Shown in pieces: positions 9,734 through 19,450 of a stretch of DNA of 64,000 bases. A program made the position numbers and the translations under genes. The notes beneath the pieces were generated by a model. It was not told the DNA's origin. It was given only the letters and a program-made list of their open reading frames with translations, and searched no databases. The number at the start of each line of letters is the position of its first letter. Position 1 is the stretch's first letter. Origin of the DNA: Nitrospirota bacterium (lineage in GTDB: Bacteria > Nitrospirota > Nitrospiria > Nitrospirales > NS-4); assembly GCA_963788195.1 (NCBI GenBank), contig CAWBGA010000017.1, positions 816,451-880,450 on the forward strand, given 5' to 3'.

Positions 9734-11947
9734 CTAGCGCAGCTTCTGGATGTCGAGACCCAGCCGACCAAACAGAGACCGGTACAAACTGCTGTACGGC
9801 GAATCCGTATATCCCACCCCGCCTAACGTCAGGACGAAAGCATATTCTGACGTATCTCCGGGACGTTGAATATAGAAGGCGCCCACGCCCCAGCAACGGT
9901 TCGCCCCCACATAATAGAGCCCGTAATTGATCTCCGGAACCACGCCATCGTTCCTGTCATAGTAGCCGCGGGTCACAAAGTAAAAGTTGTACGGCAGGGC
10001 GGCGCCAAACTGTGCCGCGTAGAAATGTGTGGTCTGTGTCTCCATCAGCTGTTCATTGAGCGACACTGGAGTAAATAGATCTCCCTTGACCGGAACGGTC
10101 CCGGCACGGGTAAAGCGTTCCGAGACCGTGAAGTAGTACCGCTTCGACAGCTCCACCGTGATATCGGTGTTAATCTGGACGACGGCAGATTCATAATAAT
10201 TGTAGAAGGTGTCGATATCTATTGTGATGGGAACCGGCTTGATGGTACGCAAAATCAATTCTGACCGGAGATCCGAAAACGGCTTGCCCGTGGGAGAGGA
10301 GGTCAGGTGCTCGCTCTGTGTCAGCCGGAGGTACGCGAACTCCAGGTTTTGATACGTCTCACCGTCAAAAACCTTGGTCGAGAGCCGGTTCGTGAGGCGA
10401 TACGTTAGGAGGTTTTTCTTTGTCAGACGATCCAGGTCAGTGTAGACCGGGATTTCCGATTGGGCCGTGGCAGGGAGGTATTCATATATCAATGCCGGCT
10501 CGACTTTGTGCAGAATCGATTCCGCGCCCTTCCGCTGAAACCGCCGGGTCAGCCGCGTATCCACCAGGGTACTAAAATATGGAGCTTCCCGCGATATGGA
10601 GTCCTCCGACGAGATGCGGCGGTTGTAGAAGGTTTCCAGCAAGCCGAGCAGCGGCGTGATCGTGAAGTAGCGTCCCACCGACAGCGGAGTCCACACGCGC
10701 GGGAACAGCTCGACACGGCGACCATCCTCGCCTTCCTGGCGATAAAAGTTGTCGACGACGGTCTCGAGCGAGCTATAGAGCGGCAGGCTGCCCACCCGCA
10801 TAGGCAGAATGCTATAACCGACCTCCGGCAGGGTCTGGAGGGTCGTCTTGTCCGAAAAGGACAGATTCTGCGAATAGCGCGTCAGTCCGTAGAGCACCTG
10901 GTTGTCCCAGCGCCGGGTTAAATAGGCGTTAGACTCCTGAAAGACTGCGACTCTCTGCAAGATATTTTCGCTCAGGACACTGAGGTTATTTTCCTGATTG
11001 AGATAGTTAATATCGATCCGCCCCTGCAGATCCTCCGAAAACTTTGTGAGATGGCGATAGAAGACGTCGATCCTGCTCACGCGGGTCTGCGAGTCCCGGA
11101 AATATTTCGTGAAGAGCCTGCCTTCAGAATCTTTGGAGAGAATGTAGCGATACTCAAAATCGCCGCCGACTCCTAGGTTTCCCCGGTAGTCCAGGGCAAC
11201 CGTCGCATCTTGGCTTGGGCTGATCTCCCAAAACAGCGCCTGTCGGATTTTGAAGCCTTGCTTGCTACTGGCGCCAACGGACGGAAAGAGCAAGCCGGTC
11301 GAGCGCTCGCGCTTGGCCGGAAACACGACTGCGGGCAGATAGAGGACGGGAATATCGAGGATACAGAATCGGGCGTTGCGGGCGTACAAAAAGCCATCGA
11401 GTTCCAATTGTGCGCGATCAGCCTTGAACTGCCAGGGGACGCGTTCACCCTCCACTACGCTGCACGTCGTAAATGTGGCGTCTTCGATCACGTATTGATC
11501 CTCGGAAAGTCGCTCGAGGACGCGGCCATCCAGGGTAAAATTGCCATCGAGCATAAAGATGCGGCCGTGAAAGATGACGCCTTTCGACGTATTGATATTG
11601 AGGTCCATCCGGTCTGCATGCATGTCGCGCTGGCCATCCTTGAGGTGCACATTTCCGACGGCAACCAATTGCCCCGTCGCCACATTAAGGGTCGCATCGT
11701 CGGCGACCAGACGCAGCGGTCCCTGAACCAGAATCACATGACCGGCTCCGTGATAGGTTTGCGTCGTCTTGTCGTACGTCAAGGTGTCGGCTTGGAGGTG
11801 TATCGGACGCGACGGGGCCGGTCCAGGCGTCGGGCCAGGTGTCTGCCCAACGGCCGACCATACGGGCATCATGAGCAGCGCCGATAGAATCACCGCTTGA
11901 GCGGCGACCTTGCCCGTGAATCTCCGCGCCAGGCTCTTCACGCGCAT
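9734..11947 (-). CDS. lptD: LPS assembly protein LptD
   Basis: OstA-like N-terminus, FTTC...PWQFKA, RSTGLLFP, beta-barrel-like C-terminus. Confidence 0.88.
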   Translation of the reverse strand: MRVKSLARRFTGKVAAQAVILSALLMMPVWSAVGQTPGPTPGPAPSRPIHLQADTLTYDKTTQTYHGAGHVILVQGPLRLVADDATLNVATGQLVAVGNVHLKDGQRDMHADRMDLNINTSKGVIFHGRIFMLDGNFTLDGRVLERLSEDQYVIEDATFTTCSVVEGERVPWQFKADRAQLELDGFLYARNARFCILDIPVLYLPAVVFPAKRERSTGLLFPSVGASSKQGFKIRQALFWEISPSQDATVALDYRGNLGVGGDFEYRYILSKDSEGRLFTKYFRDSQTRVSRIDVFYRHLTKFSEDLQGRIDINYLNQENNLSVLSENILQRVAVFQESNAYLTRRWDNQVLYGLTRYSQNLSFSDKTTLQTLPEVGYSILPMRVGSLPLYSSLETVVDNFYRQEGEDGRRVELFPRVWTPLSVGRYFTITPLLGLLETFYNRRISSEDSISREAPYFSTLVDTRLTRRFQRKGAESILHKVEPALIYEYLPATAQSEIPVYTDLDRLTKKNLLTYRLTNRLSTKVFDGETYQNLEFAYLRLTQSEHLTSSPTGKPFSDLRSELILRTIKPVPITIDIDTFYNYYESAVVQINTDITVELSKRYYFTVSERFTRAGTVPVKGDLFTPVSLNEQLMETQTTHFYAAQFGAALPYNFYFVTRGYYDRNDGVVPEINYGLYYVGANRCWGVGAFYIQRPGDTSEYAFVLTLGGVGYTDSPYSSLYRSLFGRLGLDIQKLR

Positions 11948-12047
11948 CCTGCGGCCGTGCCTGGTTGCGGCCTCAAGGCCGACCTGAGATCACTTTTTTT
12001 CTCGGATTTGGCTCGGTCAAGTTGGGGATGTCCGGCCGGCTGCCTGG

Positions 12048-13367
12048 TCATCCCCATAGATCAGACACAGTGGTCTTTTCCAACATTGCCTTGGCTTCCC
12101 CGACCACCGCGAGAGAGCCCGTGATGCATATCGTGTCCTCATTCTTTGCGAGCGCGCGGGCGCGGGTCAGGGCCGTTGGAACCGAGGATGCGATTTCATG
12201 CGAAATCGCCAAGCCTGCGACAACCTCAGCCAATTCCTCAGGCTCAGCGGCTCGTGGATGCATCGACTTGGTAAGAATCACATGGCTCAAGGCGGGAACC
12301 TTCGCAAGCCGGGACAAGACTCCCCTTCGATCCTTATCGCGCATCATGCCGACTATGAGGATGAGGCGCCCTGCTGCCGGTGGACCTGCCACGTGCTGCG
12401 CGGTCAGGTAAGACGCCAGTACATCGGCCGCCTGAGGATTATGGGCACCATCCAGGAGAATCTGTGGCTGCCACCCCGCCGCCTCAAGCCGGCCCGGCCA
12501 GTAGACGGTTCGAAGACCTTCGCGGATACTGGTTTCAGAAATGGTGATTCCTCGTTCCTGTACCACTTCAAGGACTGCCAGCGCGCAAGCGGCATTGTCT
12601 AGTTGATGGCGGCCCGCTAAGGGGCATGCCAAATGGGTATAGGACCGCGAGATCCCCCGATAGGAGAACTGCGACGAGCTTTCGCCTTCAGTCTCAAAAT
12701 CGGCGCCGAGAGCACGTGAGGGAGCTGTGTGTCGAGAGGCTACGGCTCGGATGACCGAAAGGGGTTGAGGCTCGATCCGTCCGGTAATGACCGGAATACC
12801 ATGCTTAATAATCCCTGCCTTTTCCCCCGCGATGGCTTCGAGGGTGTCCCCCAGATACTGCTCATGGTCCAAAGCAATGGTCGTGATCACGGTGGCGAGC
12901 GGGGTGACCACATTTGTGGCGTCGAATCGGCCGCCCAGGCCGACTTCCACCACAGCTAATTCGACGCCCGTTAACGCAAAATGCATGAAGGCCATCGCCG
13001 TTGTGGCCTCAAAGAACGTAGGTGGCTCCCGGAGGCGGGCGTCCGCCACGTATCGCACGATTTCCGTCAAGTCGCCCACGACCTCATGAGCGATCGGCGC
13101 GCCGTTGATCTGAATTCTTTCGGTAAAGTCCAGCAAATGGGGAGAGCTATACAGTCCCACTCGGTATCCTTGCTTCGACAGAACCGAGGCCGTGATCGCC
13201 GCAGTCGAACCCTTGCCGTTCGTGCCCGCGATATGAATCACAGGAAACGAATGATGTGGATCTCCGAGACCGCTGAGCAGTGCCTTTGTACGGCTCAGGC
13301 CAGGCTTAATTCCGTGGCTCTGAAGCGCATAGAGGTACTGAAGACTGTTTTCGAACGCTGTAGCCAC
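12048..13367 (-). CDS. folC: folylpolyglutamate synthase/dihydrofolate synthase
   Basis: HIAGTNGKGS, EVGLGGRFDATN, LDGAHNP. Confidence 0.95.
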   Translation of the reverse strand: MATAFENSLQYLYALQSHGIKPGLSRTKALLSGLGDPHHSFPVIHIAGTNGKGSTAAITASVLSKQGYRVGLYSSPHLLDFTERIQINGAPIAHEVVGDLTEIVRYVADARLREPPTFFEATTAMAFMHFALTGVELAVVEVGLGGRFDATNVVTPLATVITTIALDHEQYLGDTLEAIAGEKAGIIKHGIPVITGRIEPQPLSVIRAVASRHTAPSRALGADFETEGESSSQFSYRGISRSYTHLACPLAGRHQLDNAACALAVLEVVQERGITISETSIREGLRTVYWPGRLEAAGWQPQILLDGAHNPQAADVLASYLTAQHVAGPPAAGRLILIVGMMRDKDRRGVLSRLAKVPALSHVILTKSMHPRAAEPEELAEVVAGLAISHEIASSVPTALTRARALAKNEDTICITGSLAVVGEAKAMLEKTTVSDLWG

Positions 13368-13447
13368 CGGTCAAGCTCATCCGGTGTGTTGAAATCGAAG
13401 GCTTCTATCACAAATGCGGGAGGCCTGCAACTCGCGGTCTTTTTTGT

Positions 13448-14317
13448 TCAGGGGGTCCGCGGGAGTTTTTCTGAGTCAGCGCGAAAAAATCCGATCAGAT
13501 CGGAGACGGTCTCCTTCAATCGCCGGCGGGGCACAATGAGATCAATGATGCCATGCTCCAGTAAAAATTCGGCCCGTTGGAATTCCTCGGGAAGTTGTTG
13601 CCGGATGGTCTGCTCAATGACGCGCGGACCGGCAAATCCAATGAGGGCTTTAGGCTCCGCCACAATCACATCCCCGAGCATCGCGAAGCTCGCAGTGACC
13701 CCGCCGAAAGTCGGATCGGCGAGAATCGAAATATAAGGCACACGTGCTTCAGCAAGGCGCCCGACGGCCGCCGCAGTCCGCGCCATTTGCATGAGTGACA
13801 AAATGCCCTCCTGCATGCGCGCCCCCCCCGATGTCGTCACCAGCACCAGGGGCATGCGTGCGCGTAAGGCGCGCTCGGCGGCGAGGATCACCTTTTCACC
13901 AACGACCGATCCCATGCTGCCCCCCATGAAGGCAAAGTGGAAGACTCCTAAAGCCAGGCGCTGGCCATTGATGCGGCCTTCGCCGATCACGAGCGCGTCT
14001 TTCTTGCCTGTGCGCTCCTGACTATCGACCAGCCGGTCTCGATAACGACGCGTATCTTTAAAATGAAGAGGATCGGCGGGCGCGAGGTCCCGGTCCCACT
14101 CGCGAAAGGTGCCAAGGTCGAGGAGAAGCTCGATCCGGTCCTCCACCGAGATGGGAAAATGGTATTCGCATTTGGGACAGACCTTGGAGTTGCGCTCCAC
14201 TTCCTTCCGGTAGATGATCTCACGGCAGTGGTTACACTTGAGCCACAGGCCCTCTGACCCGCTGGGCCTTTTTCCGTCAGGGTCGGGCCCCTGGCGTTCC
14301 TTTTTGAACCAGGCCAT
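13448..14317 (-). CDS. accD: acetyl-CoA carboxylase carboxyltransferase beta subunit
   Basis: N-terminal C4 zinc finger, [21 protein letters not shown]. Confidence 0.96.
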   Translation of the reverse strand: MAWFKKERQGPDPDGKRPSGSEGLWLKCNHCREIIYRKEVERNSKVCPKCEYHFPISVEDRIELLLDLGTFREWDRDLAPADPLHFKDTRRYRDRLVDSQERTGKKDALVIGEGRINGQRLALGVFHFAFMGGSMGSVVGEKVILAAERALRARMPLVLVTTSGGARMQEGILSLMQMARTAAAVGRLAEARVPYISILADPTFGGVTASFAMLGDVIVAEPKALIGFAGPRVIEQTIRQQLPEEFQRAEFLLEHGIIDLIVPRRRLKETVSDLIGFFRADSEKLPRTP

Positions 14318-14319
14318 GA

Positions 14320-15114
14320 TTAAAGCGTAAGGACCTGGCCTTCCTCCACAAAATGGAGGTTCGGCACCTGCAAGGCCTGAATTTCAGCCTTAATGAGATC
14401 TCGGAAGGAGGGCTTCAGATGATAGATATAGAGGGCAATATCGGGACGGCCGAGCTTCATGATCTCGCGGCGGAGCAGATCTGGAGTTAGATGACCGCTC
14501 ACTTTGGCGACGTTCTTGAGGTCATTGGGAAACGAGGTTTCAATGAACGCGGCTCGTAACCGTCGTTCCTGGTTCGCCACCTCCCAGATACGCTGAGTTT
14601 CTGCGGTATCCCCGCTGTACACAAAGGCCGTATTCTGATCGCGTACGAGAAATCCCACGGCGGGAACGGTGTGATTCACCTGTACGGCGATCACTTCAAC
14701 ATTCTCAAGCTGAACCGGCTTCTCGTCGTGCAAGGGTTGGAACAGCAGCGGAGCGTCCGCAACCGTCGGCAATCTGGTAAAGTCAGGGTATATCTCGCCA
14801 TTGAAAATGTGCCGGCGTACCAGAGCCAGTACTTCGGGGAGGCCCCAGACGTTGATCGGCTTCCCACCGGTCTTGCCCACCATATTGTCGGCAAGCAGCG
14901 GCAATCCCTTAATGTGATCGAAATGGGCGTGAGAGAGCAGGACGTGACGGATCTTGTGCTGCTCGGATTCGCGCAGGCAGCTCGTAATGGAGCCGGCATC
15001 GACCATGCAGCTGTCGTTCACTAGAAATCCGCAAGCCCTGCACTCGTGGGGCTTTCCTCCGGTATCGCTGGCAATCAGCTCGGAGCCATGGCATCCGAGA
15101 ATCCTAATGACCAT
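14320..15114 (-). CDS. metallo-beta-lactamase-fold 3',5'-cyclic nucleotide phosphodiesterase (class II-like)
   Basis: [40 protein letters not shown]. Confidence 0.8.
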   Translation of the reverse strand: MVIRILGCHGSELIASDTGGKPHECRACGFLVNDSCMVDAGSITSCLRESEQHKIRHVLLSHAHFDHIKGLPLLADNMVGKTGGKPINVWGLPEVLALVRRHIFNGEIYPDFTRLPTVADAPLLFQPLHDEKPVQLENVEVIAVQVNHTVPAVGFLVRDQNTAFVYSGDTAETQRIWEVANQERRLRAAFIETSFPNDLKNVAKVSGHLTPDLLRREIMKLGRPDIALYIYHLKPSFRDLIKAEIQALQVPNLHFVEEGQVLTL

Positions 15115-15133
15115 TACTGTGTGTCCAGAAAGA

Positions 15134-16165
15134 TCATTCCGGCAGGTCCCGCATCTTCATGTGCATAGCCCGAGCAAAGTGCTCGAGAACGCTCTCCAGC
15201 CTGGGATATTGCTTGATGACGACGAAGAGATCGGCGGAGCGGAGCCTCAAGACTTCTGTTTCTGCCTTGGCAAAGACCGATGCGCTGCGCGGCCCCCCTA
15301 CCAACAAAGACAGCTCGCCAAAGAACTCGCCTTCACCAAGTTCGCATAATTCCACTTCCTGTCCTTTGTGCTCCTTCACAACCTTGCCCCCACCGCGAGT
15401 AATAAGGTACATCCCGTCCCCTTCCTCGCCTTCGGCAATAATCCGCTCTCCCTCGATAAATTCCAGGGGCTCGAGCTTTTCCACAATGGCTCCGAATTCA
15501 TCCGGAGTAAAACTCGCAAAGAGCTGATCGATGTTTTTCTTGTCGGAGAGTTTGTGCGGGGCCACAGGATCGGGCGCTGCCATTTCGGGCGCCGCGACCG
15601 CCATTTCGGGCGCCGCCATCTCGGGCGCTGTCATTTCGGAGAAAGCCTCCGGCGGAGCAGGGTCAGTTTCTTCCACATATTCAAAACTATTTGGAAGGGA
15701 TGCAGAAACCGAACTGGCCACTTCTTCCGACACACTTGTTTTGTCCGGAGGCTCGTCCGCGACCACTGGGTCGAGTACCGCGTCTTCTTTTTCGGCAGCC
15801 CGCGCCTGCTGAGGCTCCAAAAATGAGGCGTCGAAGTCCATTCCACCGCTATGAGTATTGACAGACTTCATAAGAGTCGTCGCCTGGGTTTCCCCTGGGG
15901 CGATTTTGAGGATCATTTTGTACGTCGCTATGGCTTTCACTGAAAAACCGGCTTTCACGTACATATCCGCAGCTTCATAGTAGTGCTTGATCGCTCCTGC
16001 CTTGTTGCCGGCCTTGAGCGAATAATCTCCCATACGAAGGTAGTAATGCGTGTTGGTGGGTTCCAGCTGGATCAGACCTTGCAACGCTTGAACCGCCTTC
16101 GCCCATTGCCCGAGGCCGACATACTTGCTGAGCTCATTCGTGAGTCGATCTTTTTTATTGGCCAT
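15134..16165 (-). CDS. TPR-like N-terminus plus cyclic nucleotide-binding domain protein
   Basis: TPR-like helices, acidic linker with APEMA repeats, GEFFGELSLL..GPRSASV cNMP motif. Confidence 0.82.
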   Translation of the reverse strand: MANKKDRLTNELSKYVGLGQWAKAVQALQGLIQLEPTNTHYYLRMGDYSLKAGNKAGAIKHYYEAADMYVKAGFSVKAIATYKMILKIAPGETQATTLMKSVNTHSGGMDFDASFLEPQQARAAEKEDAVLDPVVADEPPDKTSVSEEVASSVSASLPNSFEYVEETDPAPPEAFSEMTAPEMAAPEMAVAAPEMAAPDPVAPHKLSDKKNIDQLFASFTPDEFGAIVEKLEPLEFIEGERIIAEGEEGDGMYLITRGGGKVVKEHKGQEVELCELGEGEFFGELSLLVGGPRSASVFAKAETEVLRLRSADLFVVIKQYPRLESVLEHFARAMHMKMRDLPE

Positions 16166-16302
16166 ATCTTTATTGCTGCTTCTCGAACCGCTTCGAAACT
16201 GAAAGCGCCATGTACAGAGATAAGGGGATTTCGGGTGCGTCTTGGGGTACGCCGATCGACACGATGCAGGCGGGCTTGCAGAGCCTTCATCAAGAGTTGA
16301 GC

Positions 16303-17058
16303 CTAGACAAAACTTGGTCGTAAGTCAAATGTACCATCGGCGTCCTCGGCTCTACTTTCAACAAGCACCACCAGTTCGAGAAGGATGCTGCTTCCAATGA
16401 CAATGCTAAGGAGTGCCGAAACGATCCTGATGGGCTGCTGTGCCTGCGCGAACTTCTCCATGCCCCTGGCGAAGGGAATGCTCATCGCCGTAGCTAAAAG
16501 CACCATCCCTAAGATCGACCCGATCCCAAAGACCAGTATATACAACATTCCGACGCCGAAGGAAGGAACCGTCGCGAGCACAAGCAACAAAAGGGCCGCA
16601 CTACCCGCGAGACCATGGACCATACCCACAGCCAGAGACTTGTACTCCAGACGAAATCGATGCAGATGATCATGATGCCCACCATGGCCATGCGCATGCA
16701 CATGCCGGTGCTCCTGACCATCCTCGTGCGAGTGCGGGTGGACATGAAGACGCTCCCGCCACAGCGCCAACGCCAGCGATACCCCAAGGCCCACGAGCAT
16801 GACTCCCACGCCAGCCTCGAATACTTTCGCCCAGCCGGATGAAATCGTGAGCTTGAAAAATACGACGGCCACTCCGACGAACAGGAGAATCACCGTATGC
16901 CCCATGCCCCAGCAAAACCCAATCAGAGCGGATCGCCCCAAGGTGCGTTTCCCTGTGGCAATGGTCATGACTGCGGCGACATGGTCGGCATCCAAAGCAT
17001 GCCTGATGCCTAGAAGGAAGCCTAAAAACAGGAGTGTGAGCACGTGGGAATCAGGCAT
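16303..17058 (-). CDS. His-rich Ni/Co transporter-like membrane protein (UreH/HoxN-related)
   Basis: RHALDADH motif, His-rich loop, GMVHGLAGS, multiple TM segments. Confidence 0.8.
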   Translation of the reverse strand: MPDSHVLTLLFLGFLLGIRHALDADHVAAVMTIATGKRTLGRSALIGFCWGMGHTVILLFVGVAVVFFKLTISSGWAKVFEAGVGVMLVGLGVSLALALWRERLHVHPHSHEDGQEHRHVHAHGHGGHHDHLHRFRLEYKSLAVGMVHGLAGSAALLLLVLATVPSFGVGMLYILVFGIGSILGMVLLATAMSIPFARGMEKFAQAQQPIRIVSALLSIVIGSSILLELVVLVESRAEDADGTFDLRPSFV

Positions 17059-17076
17059 GGGATTGACGTTGGCCCG

Positions 17077-18162
17077 TCAGCCCCCTCTGGCATGCATCTC
17101 AAGGTGAGGGTCCTGACGAAGCCGGTCTATCTCGATCAGGCGCTCCTCACGGATTCCGAGGCGTTCCAGAGCCTTACGATCCTCGGCCCCGCGATCCCTG
17201 CGGCTTTGCCAGACCGATCGGATGAGGCCTTTGATTTCCTCCGTGGTCGCGCCGTCACGCAAAGGCCTCCGTAGATCAATTCCTTCCTTGGCGTACAGAC
17301 ACAGGTACCACATGCCGTCGGCGGTAAGACGGCTGCGATCGCAGCTTCGACAGAAAGGCGTAGTGGTAGAGGGGATAATTCCAAACGTGGTCCCGTCCGG
17401 AAGAAGAAACCGCTCCGCGGGCGCTGAACTGTCTTCAATCAATGGGACGATCGTTCCGTAATGCCGACCCAGGGTTTCAAGCATGACCGCGCGCGACAGA
17501 ACCTTATCCATCGACCACTCCGTGGCCCCGCCCACGTCCATGTATTCAATGAAGCGGACCTCCGCCCGCACCCGCTTGCCATACTCAATGAGGTCGACCA
17601 ATTCATCATCATTAAAGCCCCGGATGGCGACGGTATCGAGTTTCAAGCCAGTGAAACCTACCCGTCCGACGGCTTCAATGCCCTCGAGCACTTCTCGATG
17701 CGTGTCTCGTTTTGTCAGAGCCTTAAAACGCTCGGGTTTAAGCGTGTCCAAGCTGACAGTGACGCGATGCAGGCCGGCATCGAAGAACGCCTGCGCCTGC
17801 TCAGCCAGCAAGATCCCATTCGTCGTCAGCGCCAAGTCTTGAATCCGTGGGTTCTGCAGCAAAAGGCGCATGAGCGTTGCAAGATCCTTGCGCAGAAGTG
17901 GCTCGCCGCCCGTCAGCCGGACCTTCTCCACGCCGAGTTCTGTGAACAACTGAGTCAGCCTGTTCATCTCCTCAAACGTGAGCAGGGTTTCTCTCGGCAA
18001 CCAGGTGTACTCGTCCTCTGGCATGCAATACTTACAGCGAAGATTGCAACGGTCCGTCACCGACAGGCGCAGGCTCCCCAACGGGCGTCCGAAAGCGTCC
18101 TTCACTACCGACATTCCTTCAGAAGGCACCGACAATGCGCTCACGGGTGTTCCTCCACCCAA
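17077..18162 (-). CDS. moaA: GTP 3',8-cyclase
   Basis: CNLRCKYC radical SAM motif, LTGGEPLL, FCRSCDRSR, C-terminal GG; start uncertain. Confidence 0.93.
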   Translation of the reverse strand: MGGGTPVSALSVPSEGMSVVKDAFGRPLGSLRLSVTDRCNLRCKYCMPEDEYTWLPRETLLTFEEMNRLTQLFTELGVEKVRLTGGEPLLRKDLATLMRLLLQNPRIQDLALTTNGILLAEQAQAFFDAGLHRVTVSLDTLKPERFKALTKRDTHREVLEGIEAVGRVGFTGLKLDTVAIRGFNDDELVDLIEYGKRVRAEVRFIEYMDVGGATEWSMDKVLSRAVMLETLGRHYGTIVPLIEDSSAPAERFLLPDGTTFGIIPSTTTPFCRSCDRSRLTADGMWYLCLYAKEGIDLRRPLRDGATTEEIKGLIRSVWQSRRDRGAEDRKALERLGIREERLIEIDRLRQDPHLEMHARGG

Positions 18163-18830
18163 ATCTCACCCTCAGGGGTGGTTTCCTGCTTCCAGATCGG
18201 GGTGATCTGTTTGAGCTCATCAATGCTCCATTTGCACGCCCGAAAAGCCTCCGCCCGATGCTCGGCGGCGGCAATCACCAGGACGATGTTCTCGCCTACC
18301 TGAATGTCACCAAACCGGTGGACGATCAGCACCTCGATGACGTCGAAGTCCTTAAGCGCGCGTTCGCGGATCTCATGAAGCTTCTTCTGCGCCATTCCTT
18401 CATAGTACTCGAACTTGATGCCGCTCACATCACGACCCTTGGAACGATCCCGTGCGGTGCCAAGGAAAATCGCAATCCCGCCGATACGTTTGGAAGTCGC
18501 GCGAATCCGGGCAAGCTCGGCGTCGATCGAAAAATCCTCGGCCTGGACTCGGACTAGTCCGTGGTCATTAAAAGACGCGGCCCCCCCGGCAAAAGGAGGC
18601 AGCAGCGCCACCTCATCGCCTTCTTGAATGACCGTTTCCGGATGGGCGATCTCCTGATTGACGGAAACCAGGACCTTTTTCTTATGAACAAGCTCCGCTA
18701 CCGCCGGATAGTCTTTATCAAGGATCCCCACCAGATCCGAGACGTTTTTTCCACCCTCCAGCGGAACCGACATCTCAGTTTGGTTGTTCGCCAAGGTCTT
18801 AAGGAGCCCGAAGAGCTTTAGTGTGATCAT
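18141..18830 (-). CDS. moaE: MoaD-MoaE fusion (molybdopterin synthase)
   Basis: ThiS/MoaD domain ending LLPPFAGG, followed in frame by MoaE (HRFG, HRAEAF, PIWKQE). Confidence 0.9.
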   Translation of the reverse strand: MITLKLFGLLKTLANNQTEMSVPLEGGKNVSDLVGILDKDYPAVAELVHKKKVLVSVNQEIAHPETVIQEGDEVALLPPFAGGAASFNDHGLVRVQAEDFSIDAELARIRATSKRIGGIAIFLGTARDRSKGRDVSGIKFEYYEGMAQKKLHEIRERALKDFDVIEVLIVHRFGDIQVGENIVLVIAAAEHRAEAFRACKWSIDELKQITPIWKQETTPEGEIWVEEHP

Positions 18831-18837
18831 GTTGTCC

Positions 18838-19350
18838 CTAAGTCGAACCCTTGGCTTGATTTATCGCGGGAGTACTCCCGGATTTGCCCCCTGCCTTTTC
18901 CAATAGGCACATATCTGTAAAGACCATATCGCGGTCAACGGCCTTGCACATATCATAAATGGTGAGGGCTGCCACGGCAACCGCAGTCATGGCCTCCATC
19001 TCGACGCCCGTTTGGCCAGTGGTTTTAACGGTTCCGGTCACCGTAATGCTGCACAGACCCTTGCTATCCGGTTGCGGTTCCTCCTTGAAATCAATATCGA
19101 CGCCGGTGATGAGCAAGGGATGGCACATCGGGATAAGATCAGGAGTCCGCTTGGCCCCCATAATTCCAGCGGTTTGCGCGACCGCCAGCACATCGCCCTT
19201 TGCGATTTTACCGCGACGAATTTTTTCAAGAGTTTCGGGATGCATGACCACCCGGGCCTGGGCCGTCGCTGTACGGTGTGTCTCGGGTTTTCCCGACACG
19301 TCCACCATGCGCGCCCTGCCTGCTTCATTAAAATGGGTGAACTCCGCCAT
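18838..19350 (-). CDS. moaC: cyclic pyranopterin monophosphate synthase
   Basis: [31 protein letters not shown]. Confidence 0.96.
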   Translation of the reverse strand: MAEFTHFNEAGRARMVDVSGKPETHRTATAQARVVMHPETLEKIRRGKIAKGDVLAVAQTAGIMGAKRTPDLIPMCHPLLITGVDIDFKEEPQPDSKGLCSITVTGTVKTTGQTGVEMEAMTAVAVAALTIYDMCKAVDRDMVFTDMCLLEKAGGKSGSTPAINQAKGST

Positions 19351-19450
19351 TCGTTAGACACCTTTCGGTACAGTTGTTGATTATGAAAGCGACTTTAAAG
19401 CCAAGTCAAGCCCGAAACCAGGGGCCTGGCGCCCCGCTTCGGAGCGGTAC

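Noticed and set aside
9540..9896. N-terminal extension of thioredoxin in the ORF track
   Set aside because: It overlaps lptD and the inverted repeat, and a strong SD supports the GTG at 9539.
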